Of a DNA stretch of 64,000 nt, positions 56,960 through 64,000 are shown piece after piece. The position numbers were made by a program, and so were the translations under genes. Every line of letters begins with the position of its first letter. Position 1 is the stretch's first letter. Under the pieces are notes generated by a model that worked only from the letters and a program-made list of their open reading frames with translations, was not told the DNA's origin and did no database searches. The stretch is from Bacillota bacterium (GTDB taxonomy: Bacteria > Bacillota > Clostridia > Christensenellales > CAG-138), in assembly GCA_023455425.1 (NCBI GenBank), contig JAEYCM010000013.1:1-64000 (forward strand), given 5' to 3'.

Positions 56960-57100
56960 TCAGGGGCTTTGCCCCTGAAATCCCACCCAAGGGACAATGT
57001 CCCTTGGGAATCCCTTTTTACAAACGACCTATTTTAGGTCGTTTGTAAGAGAAGGGTTCTTAGGGCTGTTACAGCCCTAAGCGGGGTTTGGGGCGGAGCC
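56960..57100. repeat. Structured intergenic repeat, copy B, inserted between hypD and hypE
   Basis: About 80% identical to copy A (33216-33335), with an extra ~40-nt internal hairpin (ACAAACGACC-tattttag-GTCGTTTGT). Confidence 0.55.
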
Positions 57101-57115
57101 CTAACGTAATTTTAA

Positions 57116-58174
57116 TTATACGTTTACGGCGTGCGCGTGCCAGATGCCGCATGCGCCTTCGCTCGTCACCATGCAGGGGCCAAGCGGCGTCATGGGTGTG
57201 CACGCTTTTCCGAAATGCGGGCAGTCAGTGGGTTCCGCGCGGCCGATGATGACGCGCCCGCATTGACAGCCCGTCTTGGGGGAAGCGTCGCGCACGGTAT
57301 CGTAGCCGCCCGCGTCGTACTCCCGGTATTCTTCCCGCAGCGCGTAGGCGGACCCTTCAATGCTGCCCAGACCCCGCCACACGGACTCCTGCCGCACAAA
57401 ATATTGGTCGATCAGTTGGAGCGCTGATGGATTGCCGTTTGCGGCCACCATGTCCGGATAGAAGTTGCGTACATACGCTGTCCCGTTCCGGTGCTGCTCC
57501 AAAAGGTTATAGACCGCGGCAAGAATGTGCTCATAGGAAAATCCGGCGACCGCGAGCGGGATGCGGTAACGCGTACAAAGCTCCCGGTATGCGTCGCTGC
57601 CCAAAATGACGCTCGCATGCCCGGGGCCGATAAACCCATCGATATCCGGGTTGTTCTCGCAGATCCAGTCCAGTGCGGGCAGCAGCGCCTTGGCGCATAG
57701 CAGCAGGCGAAGGTTATGGACATTGTCCTCCTTCATCCGCTGCAGCAGCAGCGCATAGACGGGCAGCGTGGTTTCAAAGCCCACAGCAGTGAGCACGAAT
57801 TGCCGCTCCGGCTCCGCCTTGGCCCACTCTAGCGCCGTCATGGGCGCGTAGAGCATGCGCACGTCCCCGCCCGCGGCTTTACACTCCAATAGCGTGCCGA
57901 AGTTGCCGGGCACGCGCATCATATCCCCAAACGTGCAGAGCGCGGTATTGGGCTCCTTGGAAAGTTCCGCGGCGCGGTCGAGATATCCTGCAGGCGTCAC
58001 GCACACCGGACAGCCGGGGCCGGAAAGCAGCTTGATGGAAGGGGGCAGCACGCCGCGGATGCCGGTGCGGAACACCGCCTGCGTGTGCGTACCGCAGACT
58101 TCCATCAACTTGACGGGCGGGCCGTCATAGCTGCGGATGCGCGCCGCAAGCTGTTCTATGCTATTGATCTCCAT
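57116..58174 (-). CDS. hypD: [NiFe]-hydrogenase maturation protein HypD
   Basis: 352 aa with conserved CGxH, GPGCPVC and C-terminal Cys motifs. Confidence 0.85.
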   Translation of the reverse strand: MEINSIEQLAARIRSYDGPPVKLMEVCGTHTQAVFRTGIRGVLPPSIKLLSGPGCPVCVTPAGYLDRAAELSKEPNTALCTFGDMMRVPGNFGTLLECKAAGGDVRMLYAPMTALEWAKAEPERQFVLTAVGFETTLPVYALLLQRMKEDNVHNLRLLLCAKALLPALDWICENNPDIDGFIGPGHASVILGSDAYRELCTRYRIPLAVAGFSYEHILAAVYNLLEQHRNGTAYVRNFYPDMVAANGNPSALQLIDQYFVRQESVWRGLGSIEGSAYALREEYREYDAGGYDTVRDASPKTGCQCGRVIIGRAEPTDCPHFGKACTPMTPLGPCMVTSEGACGIWHAHAVNV

Positions 58175-58379
58175 ATTTGATCAGCTCCAAAAGCTCGTTT
58201 AATTCGTCGTTTTCCTCTTTGCTGACCACGGATATGGCGCAGCCCGCGTGCACAAGGATATAATCCCCAAGCTTTGCGTCAACCAAGCCCAATTCCACAG
58301 TCAGAATATTTCCCCGGACATCCGCCTTGCCCCGGCGGCCGTCCATTTCAATCAGTTTTCCCGGAACCGCAATGCACAT
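58161..58379 (-). CDS. hypC: [NiFe]-hydrogenase maturation chaperone HypC
   Basis: 72 aa from MCIAVPGK (the essential N-terminal Cys2), with an AGGAGG RBS 9 nt upstream. The track ORF starts at an upstream GTG. Confidence 0.8.
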   Translation of the reverse strand: MCIAVPGKLIEMDGRRGKADVRGNILTVELGLVDAKLGDYILVHAGCAISVVSKEENDELNELLELIKYGDQ

Positions 58380-60697
58380 AGTGCCTCTTCCTCCTTCCAT
58401 TCTCCCCCGCGCCCGGAGGCGCACCGCTCAGGTTCGCTTGCCCGGAATGCCCCGATATACGCCTGGCCGAGCGCAAGACCGCCGTCGCCCGGCGGTACGG
58501 CGCGGTTTGTGAACACCTGAAAGCCCGCGTCGGTCAAAAGCGCCGTCGTTTCTGTCAGCAGGATACGGTTGTAGAACACGCCGCCGCTCAACGCGACCTC
58601 GTTAATCCCCGTCCGTTCCCGTAATTTACAGCACACTTCCTTGATAAGCGCCGCGATGGTGGTATGAAACCTGCGCGCTAACGTTACAGCGGGAACGCCC
58701 CGGTCGCGCTTCGCAACAAGATCCCGTACGGCGGGCGCAAGGTCGGCGGTCAGCCTCCCTTCCCGCTCCGATATCTCGTAAGCAAGCGGCTCTGTTTCCC
58801 CCGCATGCTGCGTGGCTGCGGCTTCAAGCTCAATCGCGCATTGTCCCTCATAACCGGACTCGTGGCAGACGCCAAGAAGCGAGCTGACCGCGTCAAATAC
58901 CCGCCCTACGCTGGAGGAACGGATGGCGTTGACGCCACTCTTCAGCGCGGCTTCCACCATCCCGCCGCGCGCGTCCTCCGCGGGAAGACCCGCGTCAAAC
59001 AGCAGGCAGGCGGCGCTTTTCCAGCCCTGCCTGATGGACGCGTCTCCGCCCAAGTAAGCCGCGGGCTTGATATGCCCGGCCCTGTAAAACCCATAAGGGG
59101 AAGCAATCAAAAACTCTCCGCCCCAAACGGTGCCGTCCGTTCCGTAACCGGTGCCGTCAAACGCCACGCCGATAACCGGCGCCGTTTTCCCGTACTCCGC
59201 AAGGACGGAGGCGATATGGGCAAAGTGATGCTGAACCTCCAAAAGCGGCAGGCCCAGCTCCTTTGCATACCGGCTGGAAGCGTAATCCGGGTGAAGGTCG
59301 CACACGGCATGGGTGGGCGCTGCCTGTAAGAGCCGCTGCATGTCCGACGCCGTTTTTTTATAAGAGAGGATCATTTCCCGGGTTTCCAAGTCCCCCAGCT
59401 CCGTGCCGGGATAAAACTGTCCGCCGTTGCACACGCACACATTGCTCTTCTGGTGCGGCCCCAACGCGAGCACAGTATGCCCGCGGTCCTCCATCTGCGC
59501 AACGGGAAGCGGCACATACCCGCGCGCCCGGCGGATAAACTGGGTGTTTCCATTTACCACCGCGACCACGGAATCGTCGAGTATCCGCTCAATAGCCCGG
59601 TCATGGAACAGCACGTAATCAAGTTCCCCGTGTTCTACAAAGAACAGCAGCATGTCTTCGTCCAGGTGGAATATCGGCAGACCCGAAGGGTTGGCGCTGG
59701 TCATCACAAGCGGCCCCGTCGTCTGAAACAGCAGATGCTGCAACGGGGTATACGGCAAGAACGCGCCCATATACCGGCTTGCGCCGTATACGCCTTTGGC
59801 GATAGCGCCCTCCCGGGCTCTCTGCAGCAGCACAATAGGCCGCGCGGGAGAAAGAAGCAGCGCTTCTTCCTCTTTTGATACCGTGCAATATTTCCCGACT
59901 TCGCCAAGTTCTGCGAACATCACGGCAAAGGGCTTGCTTTCCCGCCCTTTGAGCGCGCGCAAGCGCGAAACCGCTGCCCCGTCCGCCGCGCTGCAGCATA
60001 GGTGATACCCGCCGATGCCCTTGATGGCGACGATGCCGCCGCTATTCAGAAGCTCCGCCGCAACCGAGAGCGCCTGCTCCCCCGTCTGCCGCCCACCGTC
60101 CCTGGTCAGGCCAAAAAGCTGCGGGCCGCAGGCATTGCAGCAAACCGTCTGCGCGTGGAAGCGCCGGTCGCTTTCTTCATGATACTCCTGATCGCATAGT
60201 TCGCACATGGGAAACGGTTCCATCGAAGTGCTCGTTCTGTCATAGGGCAGCTCTTTTAGTATGGAAAAGCGCGGGCCGCAGTACGTGCAGCTGATGAACG
60301 GGTTCAAAAACCTGGGATTGCCCGGGCTAAAAAGCTCCTCTAAGCAATCCGCACACACGGCGATATCCGGCCCCGGCATGGCGACGCCGGAGGCGTGTTC
60401 GCTCGCTTCTATAATAAATTCATTCTCGGTGGGAATGGTATCATCGCACGTTACCCGCTCCACTGAGCGGATCAAACTGCCCGCGGGCGGATTGCCGGTG
60501 AGTTCTTCGTGAAAGCAGGAAATCGCTTCCGCATCCCCGCGCACCCTGATGTATACCTCTCCCCCAAAGTTCCGCACAGAGCCGGAGAGCGCATGTTTGC
60601 GCGCGAGCCGTGCTACAAACGGGCGGAACCCCACCCCCTGCACCACGCCGGTAACGCGCAGCGCTTCTATAACGGTCACAGCCGCGCCTTGAGCCAT
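58352..60697 (-). CDS. hypF: [NiFe]-hydrogenase maturation carbamoyltransferase HypF
   Basis: 781 aa with acylphosphatase, two CxxC zinc-finger pairs, and YrdC and Kae1-like carbamoyltransferase domains. Confidence 0.85.
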   Translation of the reverse strand: MAQGAAVTVIEALRVTGVVQGVGFRPFVARLARKHALSGSVRNFGGEVYIRVRGDAEAISCFHEELTGNPPAGSLIRSVERVTCDDTIPTENEFIIEASEHASGVAMPGPDIAVCADCLEELFSPGNPRFLNPFISCTYCGPRFSILKELPYDRTSTSMEPFPMCELCDQEYHEESDRRFHAQTVCCNACGPQLFGLTRDGGRQTGEQALSVAAELLNSGGIVAIKGIGGYHLCCSAADGAAVSRLRALKGRESKPFAVMFAELGEVGKYCTVSKEEEALLLSPARPIVLLQRAREGAIAKGVYGASRYMGAFLPYTPLQHLLFQTTGPLVMTSANPSGLPIFHLDEDMLLFFVEHGELDYVLFHDRAIERILDDSVVAVVNGNTQFIRRARGYVPLPVAQMEDRGHTVLALGPHQKSNVCVCNGGQFYPGTELGDLETREMILSYKKTASDMQRLLQAAPTHAVCDLHPDYASSRYAKELGLPLLEVQHHFAHIASVLAEYGKTAPVIGVAFDGTGYGTDGTVWGGEFLIASPYGFYRAGHIKPAAYLGGDASIRQGWKSAACLLFDAGLPAEDARGGMVEAALKSGVNAIRSSSVGRVFDAVSSLLGVCHESGYEGQCAIELEAAATQHAGETEPLAYEISEREGRLTADLAPAVRDLVAKRDRGVPAVTLARRFHTTIAALIKEVCCKLRERTGINEVALSGGVFYNRILLTETTALLTDAGFQVFTNRAVPPGDGGLALGQAYIGAFRASEPERCASGRGGEWKEEEALCALRFREN

Positions 60698-61323
60698 TCG
60701 GCAGCCTCTGTAAATCCTTCGCTAGTTCTGGCGGAAACGAGGAACACGGCGGAGTTTGGGTTCAACGCCTGCACGCCCTTAAGGAAGTAATCGTAATCAA
60801 AATCCACATAGGGCAGCAGATCCTTCTTATTTAACAGGATGACGGCAGATTTCTCAAACGCCAGCGGATACTTGTAGGGCTTATCCGCGCCCTCCGTCAC
60901 AGTGGAAACGAGCAGCTTGATGTTTTCGCCAATGGAGAATTCCGCGGGGCAGACAAGGTTGCCGATGTTTTCAATAAACAGCACGCCCTTTTGATCGAGC
61001 GGCATGGATTTTAGAGTATTTTCAATCACCGCGCCGTCCAGATGGCACGCGCCGAACGTATTGATCTGTACCGTCTCGATGCCAAGAGCATTGAGCTTCT
61101 GCGTATCGATATCGGACTCGATATCGCCTTCGATCACATACGGCTTGACGCCGGAAAGATGGGAGATGAGCTGTATGAGGCAGGACGTCTTGCCCGCTCC
61201 CGGCGCGCCCATGACGTTTACGGCATAGATGCCGCGCGCTTTGAGGCTGCTTTGTATCTGCTCCGCAATCCGGTCGTTTTCATCAAACACGTTCTCCATA
61301 ATGGCGACGTCTTTTGTTTCCAT
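60676..61323 (-). CDS. hypB: [NiFe]-hydrogenase nickel-incorporation GTPase HypB
   Basis: 215 aa with a P-loop GAPGAGKTS and a CH motif region. Confidence 0.85.
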   Translation of the reverse strand: METKDVAIMENVFDENDRIAEQIQSSLKARGIYAVNVMGAPGAGKTSCLIQLISHLSGVKPYVIEGDIESDIDTQKLNALGIETVQINTFGACHLDGAVIENTLKSMPLDQKGVLFIENIGNLVCPAEFSIGENIKLLVSTVTEGADKPYKYPLAFEKSAVILLNKKDLLPYVDFDYDYFLKGVQALNPNSAVFLVSARTSEGFTEAAEWLKARL

Positions 61324-61414
61324 GGTTTTTCCCTTTCCCCGCGATGCGCGGCGCTCCTGTTGCTCATATTTAATATATAGGAATACACACTATAAATACC
61401 TGTTACTTAGCGTT

Positions 61415-61759
61415 TTAAACTTCCAGCTCCACGCTCTCCACAAAGCACTCGTTGCCGGTTTCGGTGGGGCTTCCTAAAACCCCGCAGTCCGGGCATTCGA
61501 ATGAAAAGCGGGGCTTGATAAAGTTTTTGTTGCAGGATTTACAGTACATTTGGGTTTTTACAAGGTTGAGTTCCAGCTTCGCGTCCTGCGCCGGCGTTCC
61601 TTTTGCAATGATCTCAAAATAGATCTGCACAGAGTCGGGCATGATGCCGGTATTTTCCCCGATCATAAGCTTTGCAGAGTTTACCCGCGTGGCCCCGTTT
61701 TCCTCTGCCGCGCGGTTGATAATTTCGACAATTCTTTTGGTAAGGGCGTATTCGTGCAA
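61415..61759 (-). CDS. hypA: [NiFe]-hydrogenase nickel-insertion protein HypA
   Basis: 114 aa with an N-terminal MHE motif and two CxxC pairs (CKSC...CPDC). TTG start after a GGAG RBS. Confidence 0.8.
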   Translation of the reverse strand: MHEYALTKRIVEIINRAAEENGATRVNSAKLMIGENTGIMPDSVQIYFEIIAKGTPAQDAKLELNLVKTQMYCKSCNKNFIKPRFSFECPDCGVLGSPTETGNECFVESVELEV

Positions 61760-62060
61760 AATCGTTCTCCTTGCAGCCTATCATAACCGATGCGCTTTCA
61801 AAACGCATATCCGCTTACGGAATCGTATTATATCCGATATTTCAACACCGTACAATAAAAGCTAACCCCCTGCGACGGAAAAAGTCAAGATTGAATTACC
61901 ACCGCCTCAGCTAAAAGTTTTTGTTAGAGCTTAATTTTTTGCAGGGTCGGAATTTACAAGAAAATCCCAAGCTGCCAAGTTGAAATTATCTTGATTTTCT
62001 CTTGCATTTTCGGCCAAAAAATATATTATTGTTTAAAACGTTTGTTATAAAATTAACTTA

Positions 62061-62089
62061 TTGACATATGCAAAGTTAATAATTATGAT
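62061..62089 (+). promoter_or_regulatory. Consensus-like sigma70 promoter TTGACA-17-TATGAT in the AT-rich divergent region, reading towards the antiporter-like operon
   Basis: TTGACA at 62061-62066, a 17-nt spacer, and TATGAT at 62084-62089, inside a ~300-bp AT-rich stretch between hypA and the 62299 gene. Confidence 0.4.
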
Positions 62090-62298
62090 ACAGATGTCGG
62101 ACGCATTGCACCAGTTTCATAATCGACCCACAAAAACAATTCATCTGCTCAAATATGCGCTCCGCCATGCAGACAGCAGATGGGTTTTTGTATGCCCTTG
62201 GAAATGATTGCAATACTAAAATCGATAAAGTTTGCAAAAGCGTCCGCTACCGCCTTACTGCGGCAAGGCTGTGAAATTCCACATAGGAGACAGGCAGA

Positions 62299-63726
62299 AT
62301 GACCGGTCAAACGCTTCTACTTCTTACTGTAGGCATACCGCTGCTGGGCGCATTTTTATTGCCGCTTGCGGGCAGGGTATCGCCAAAATTCCGAAACGCC
62401 CTTGCCTTTGTTCTGGTAGCGGCGCCGCTTCTCTTAAGCGCACTTGCGCTGCCGTCCTCGCTCAAAGAACCGTCCTTGTTGCAGATTACTCTGCCGTTCG
62501 GTTTGAGCTTTGGCCTCATGGCGGACGGCTTGGCGGTGTTTATGGCGATATCCGCATCGCTCATCGGCCTTATCATCGTAGGGTATTCGTTTGGTTACAT
62601 GTCTCATTCCGGTAACCAAAGCGAATACTACTTTTTTGTCGTGCTCTTCATCGGCGCGATGATGGGTATCGTCTACTCGACGGACCTTATCTTCCTCTAC
62701 CTGTTCTGGGAGATTTCAGCGCTCTGCTGCTGGCGGCTCATTGGCTTCTTCCGCGAAAAGGAGTTTGTCCGCCGGGCCAACAAGGCGTTCCTCATCACGG
62801 TGTTCGGCGCTTTACTCATGCTCGCGGGCTTCATCATGATCTATGTGCAGAACGGCACGACGGACCTTTTAGCCCTCAGGGGCCAGCCCATCGCGACCGC
62901 CGCCGTGGTGTTCATCCTCTTTGGCGTGCTTTCAAAATCCGCCACGCTGCCGCTGCATTCCTGGATTGCGGACGCGGGCGTTGCGCCCTCCCCCGTCACC
63001 GCGCTTTTGCACGCAGCGGTGTTAGTCAAAATCGGCGTGTATGTGTTTGCGCGGCTGTTCCTTGTGAACTTTAAGCTAGACGACGTATGGCATACCGTGG
63101 TTCCCGTGATTGCCGCCGTCAGCTCTTTGGCCTGCGCAGGCGCCGCGATTGCGGAAAATGACATCAAGCGCATCATCGCCTATTCCACCGTCAGCCAGAT
63201 CGGTTATATCTTTTTAGGTATTTCCGTGGGCGGCGAACTTGCCGCGGCGGGCGGCATCCTTTACATTCTGATGCACGGCATCTCCAAGGCGGGCCTGTTC
63301 CTGTGCGCGGGCATTGTGGAGCATACCTACCACACCAAGGACATCCGGGAGCTGGGCGGGCTTATTAAAACCATGCCGGTCACCGCGGTCTCCTTCCTCT
63401 TGTGCGCGTTCTCCGTCATGGGCATTCCTCCCTTTGGCGGCTTCTTCAGCAAATACATGGTGGTGAACGGCGCGGCAGCGGCGGGCCATCCGTGGATTGC
63501 TCTTACATTCCTGCTGGGCGCGGTGTTTACCATTGTGTACCTGCTGCGCGCGTTCACCAAGGTGTTCTTGGGCGAACCCAAGCGTGAGCTCAAAAAAGAA
63601 GGTGCTTTCAGTATGGTGTTCTGCGTGGCGCTGCTTGCGGCGCTGTCCCTAGTAAGCGGGCTCTTGGTTCAAATACCCGCGGGCTTTGTTGAATCCCTTG
63701 TGCAGCAATTGGTGGTGGCGGCATGA
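62299..63726 (+). CDS. Proton-conducting membrane transporter, complex I NuoL/M/N / MnhD / hydrogenase-4 HyfB-like antiporter subunit
   Basis: 475 aa with ~14 TM helices and the conserved Proton_antipo_M core (WIADAGVAPSPVTALLHAA...). Confidence 0.75.
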   Translation: MTGQTLLLLTVGIPLLGAFLLPLAGRVSPKFRNALAFVLVAAPLLLSALALPSSLKEPSLLQITLPFGLSFGLMADGLAVFMAISASLIGLIIVGYSFGYMSHSGNQSEYYFFVVLFIGAMMGIVYSTDLIFLYLFWEISALCCWRLIGFFREKEFVRRANKAFLITVFGALLMLAGFIMIYVQNGTTDLLALRGQPIATAAVVFILFGVLSKSATLPLHSWIADAGVAPSPVTALLHAAVLVKIGVYVFARLFLVNFKLDDVWHTVVPVIAAVSSLACAGAAIAENDIKRIIAYSTVSQIGYIFLGISVGGELAAAGGILYILMHGISKAGLFLCAGIVEHTYHTKDIRELGGLIKTMPVTAVSFLLCAFSVMGIPPFGGFFSKYMVVNGAAAAGHPWIALTFLLGAVFTIVYLLRAFTKVFLGEPKRELKKEGAFSMVFCVALLAALSLVSGLLVQIPAGFVESLVQQLVVAA

Positions 63727-64000
63727 ATAGTAACGTATTGTTGTTTTTAATCCTCGTTCCCGCGGCGTTCGCGGCGCTTACCTTCCTGCTTCCGCAAAAG
63801 GCGAAGTGGTGGAAGGAGTGTTTGCTCGTGCTGGGCGCGCTTGTAAACCTTGTGCTGATGGTAAGCGTGTATGGAAACGAGCTCCGCGTAGACCTTCCCT
63901 GGGGCGGCTTTGGTTTGGAGTTCTCCCTGCGGCTGTTCCCGTTCTCCGGCTTTATCCTGCTGGCGGTTGCCATCATCGCGCTGCTGGTTACGTTGTATTC
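63723..64000 (+). CDS. Second membrane subunit of the same complex (5' partial; continues beyond the window)
   Basis: ATG at 63723 overlaps the upstream stop (ATGA). The frame is open to the window end and encodes a hydrophobic N-terminus MNSNVLLFLILVPAAFAALTFLLPQKAKWW... Confidence 0.5.
   Translation, partial: MNSNVLLFLILVPAAFAALTFLLPQKAKWWKECLLVLGALVNLVLMVSVYGNELRVDLPWGGFGLEFSLRLFPFSGFILLAVAIIALLVTLY

Noticed and set aside
1-64000. Search for CRISPR arrays, transposases/IS elements, integrases, phage genes, toxin-antitoxin pairs and restriction-modification or other defence genes.
   Set aside because: None found. The regularly spaced repeats are absent and no DDE/serine/tyrosine recombinase motifs were seen. 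All sizeable ORFs are accounted for by metabolic, transport, regulatory or envelope functions.

Overview
High-GC (~58-60%) chromosomal window from what looks like a strictly anaerobic Firmicute of the Oscillospiraceae/Ruminococcaceae type. The hyp maturation operon, YuaF-FloT flotillin pair, YesM/YesN-type two-component system and lipoprotein sugar-binding proteins all point that way. The window is densely coding with about 60 genes and no rRNA, tRNA, CRISPR array, transposase or phage gene. From left to right it contains: a PotD-like binding protein fragment and an MtaD-like amidohydrolase; an orphan TPP-dependent E1 alpha/beta dehydrogenase pair; PTS enzyme I; a MarR regulator with a nitroreductase; a fused tandem-DUF1538 membrane protein followed by a fused tandem PII-like protein; three small hypothetical/VOC/DUF1801 genes; two SPFH/flotillin systems (a YqiK-like flotillin and an NfeD-FloT pair) flanking a Ca2+ P-type ATPase; an XRE regulator and a corrinoid adenosyltransferase; a sensor-kinase/ABC-transporter/AraC-regulator sugar locus carrying a GH94 phosphorylase, a phosphohexomutase and NagB; a shikimate dehydrogenase with a P-loop kinase; a ferritin-like hypothetical divergent from a three-subunit xanthine-dehydrogenase-family molybdoenzyme; a ROK-regulated ABC transporter with a lyxose/mannose-type isomerase and a PfkB kinase; a serine hydrolase, an ABC exporter pair and a large VWA surface protein; a class II aldolase; the complete hypABFCDE [NiFe]-hydrogenase maturation operon; and the start of a divergent operon of complex-I-like antiporter subunits, probably a group 4 energy-converting hydrogenase. 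The points most worth a second look are the fused DUF1538/PII module with its small upstream ORF, the GH94-mutase-NagB phosphorolytic amino-sugar route, a family of structured intergenic repeats (two closely related copies inside operons, two more distant), the orphan molybdoenzyme with its ferritin-like neighbour, and the VWA adhesin with a non-canonical sorting signal.
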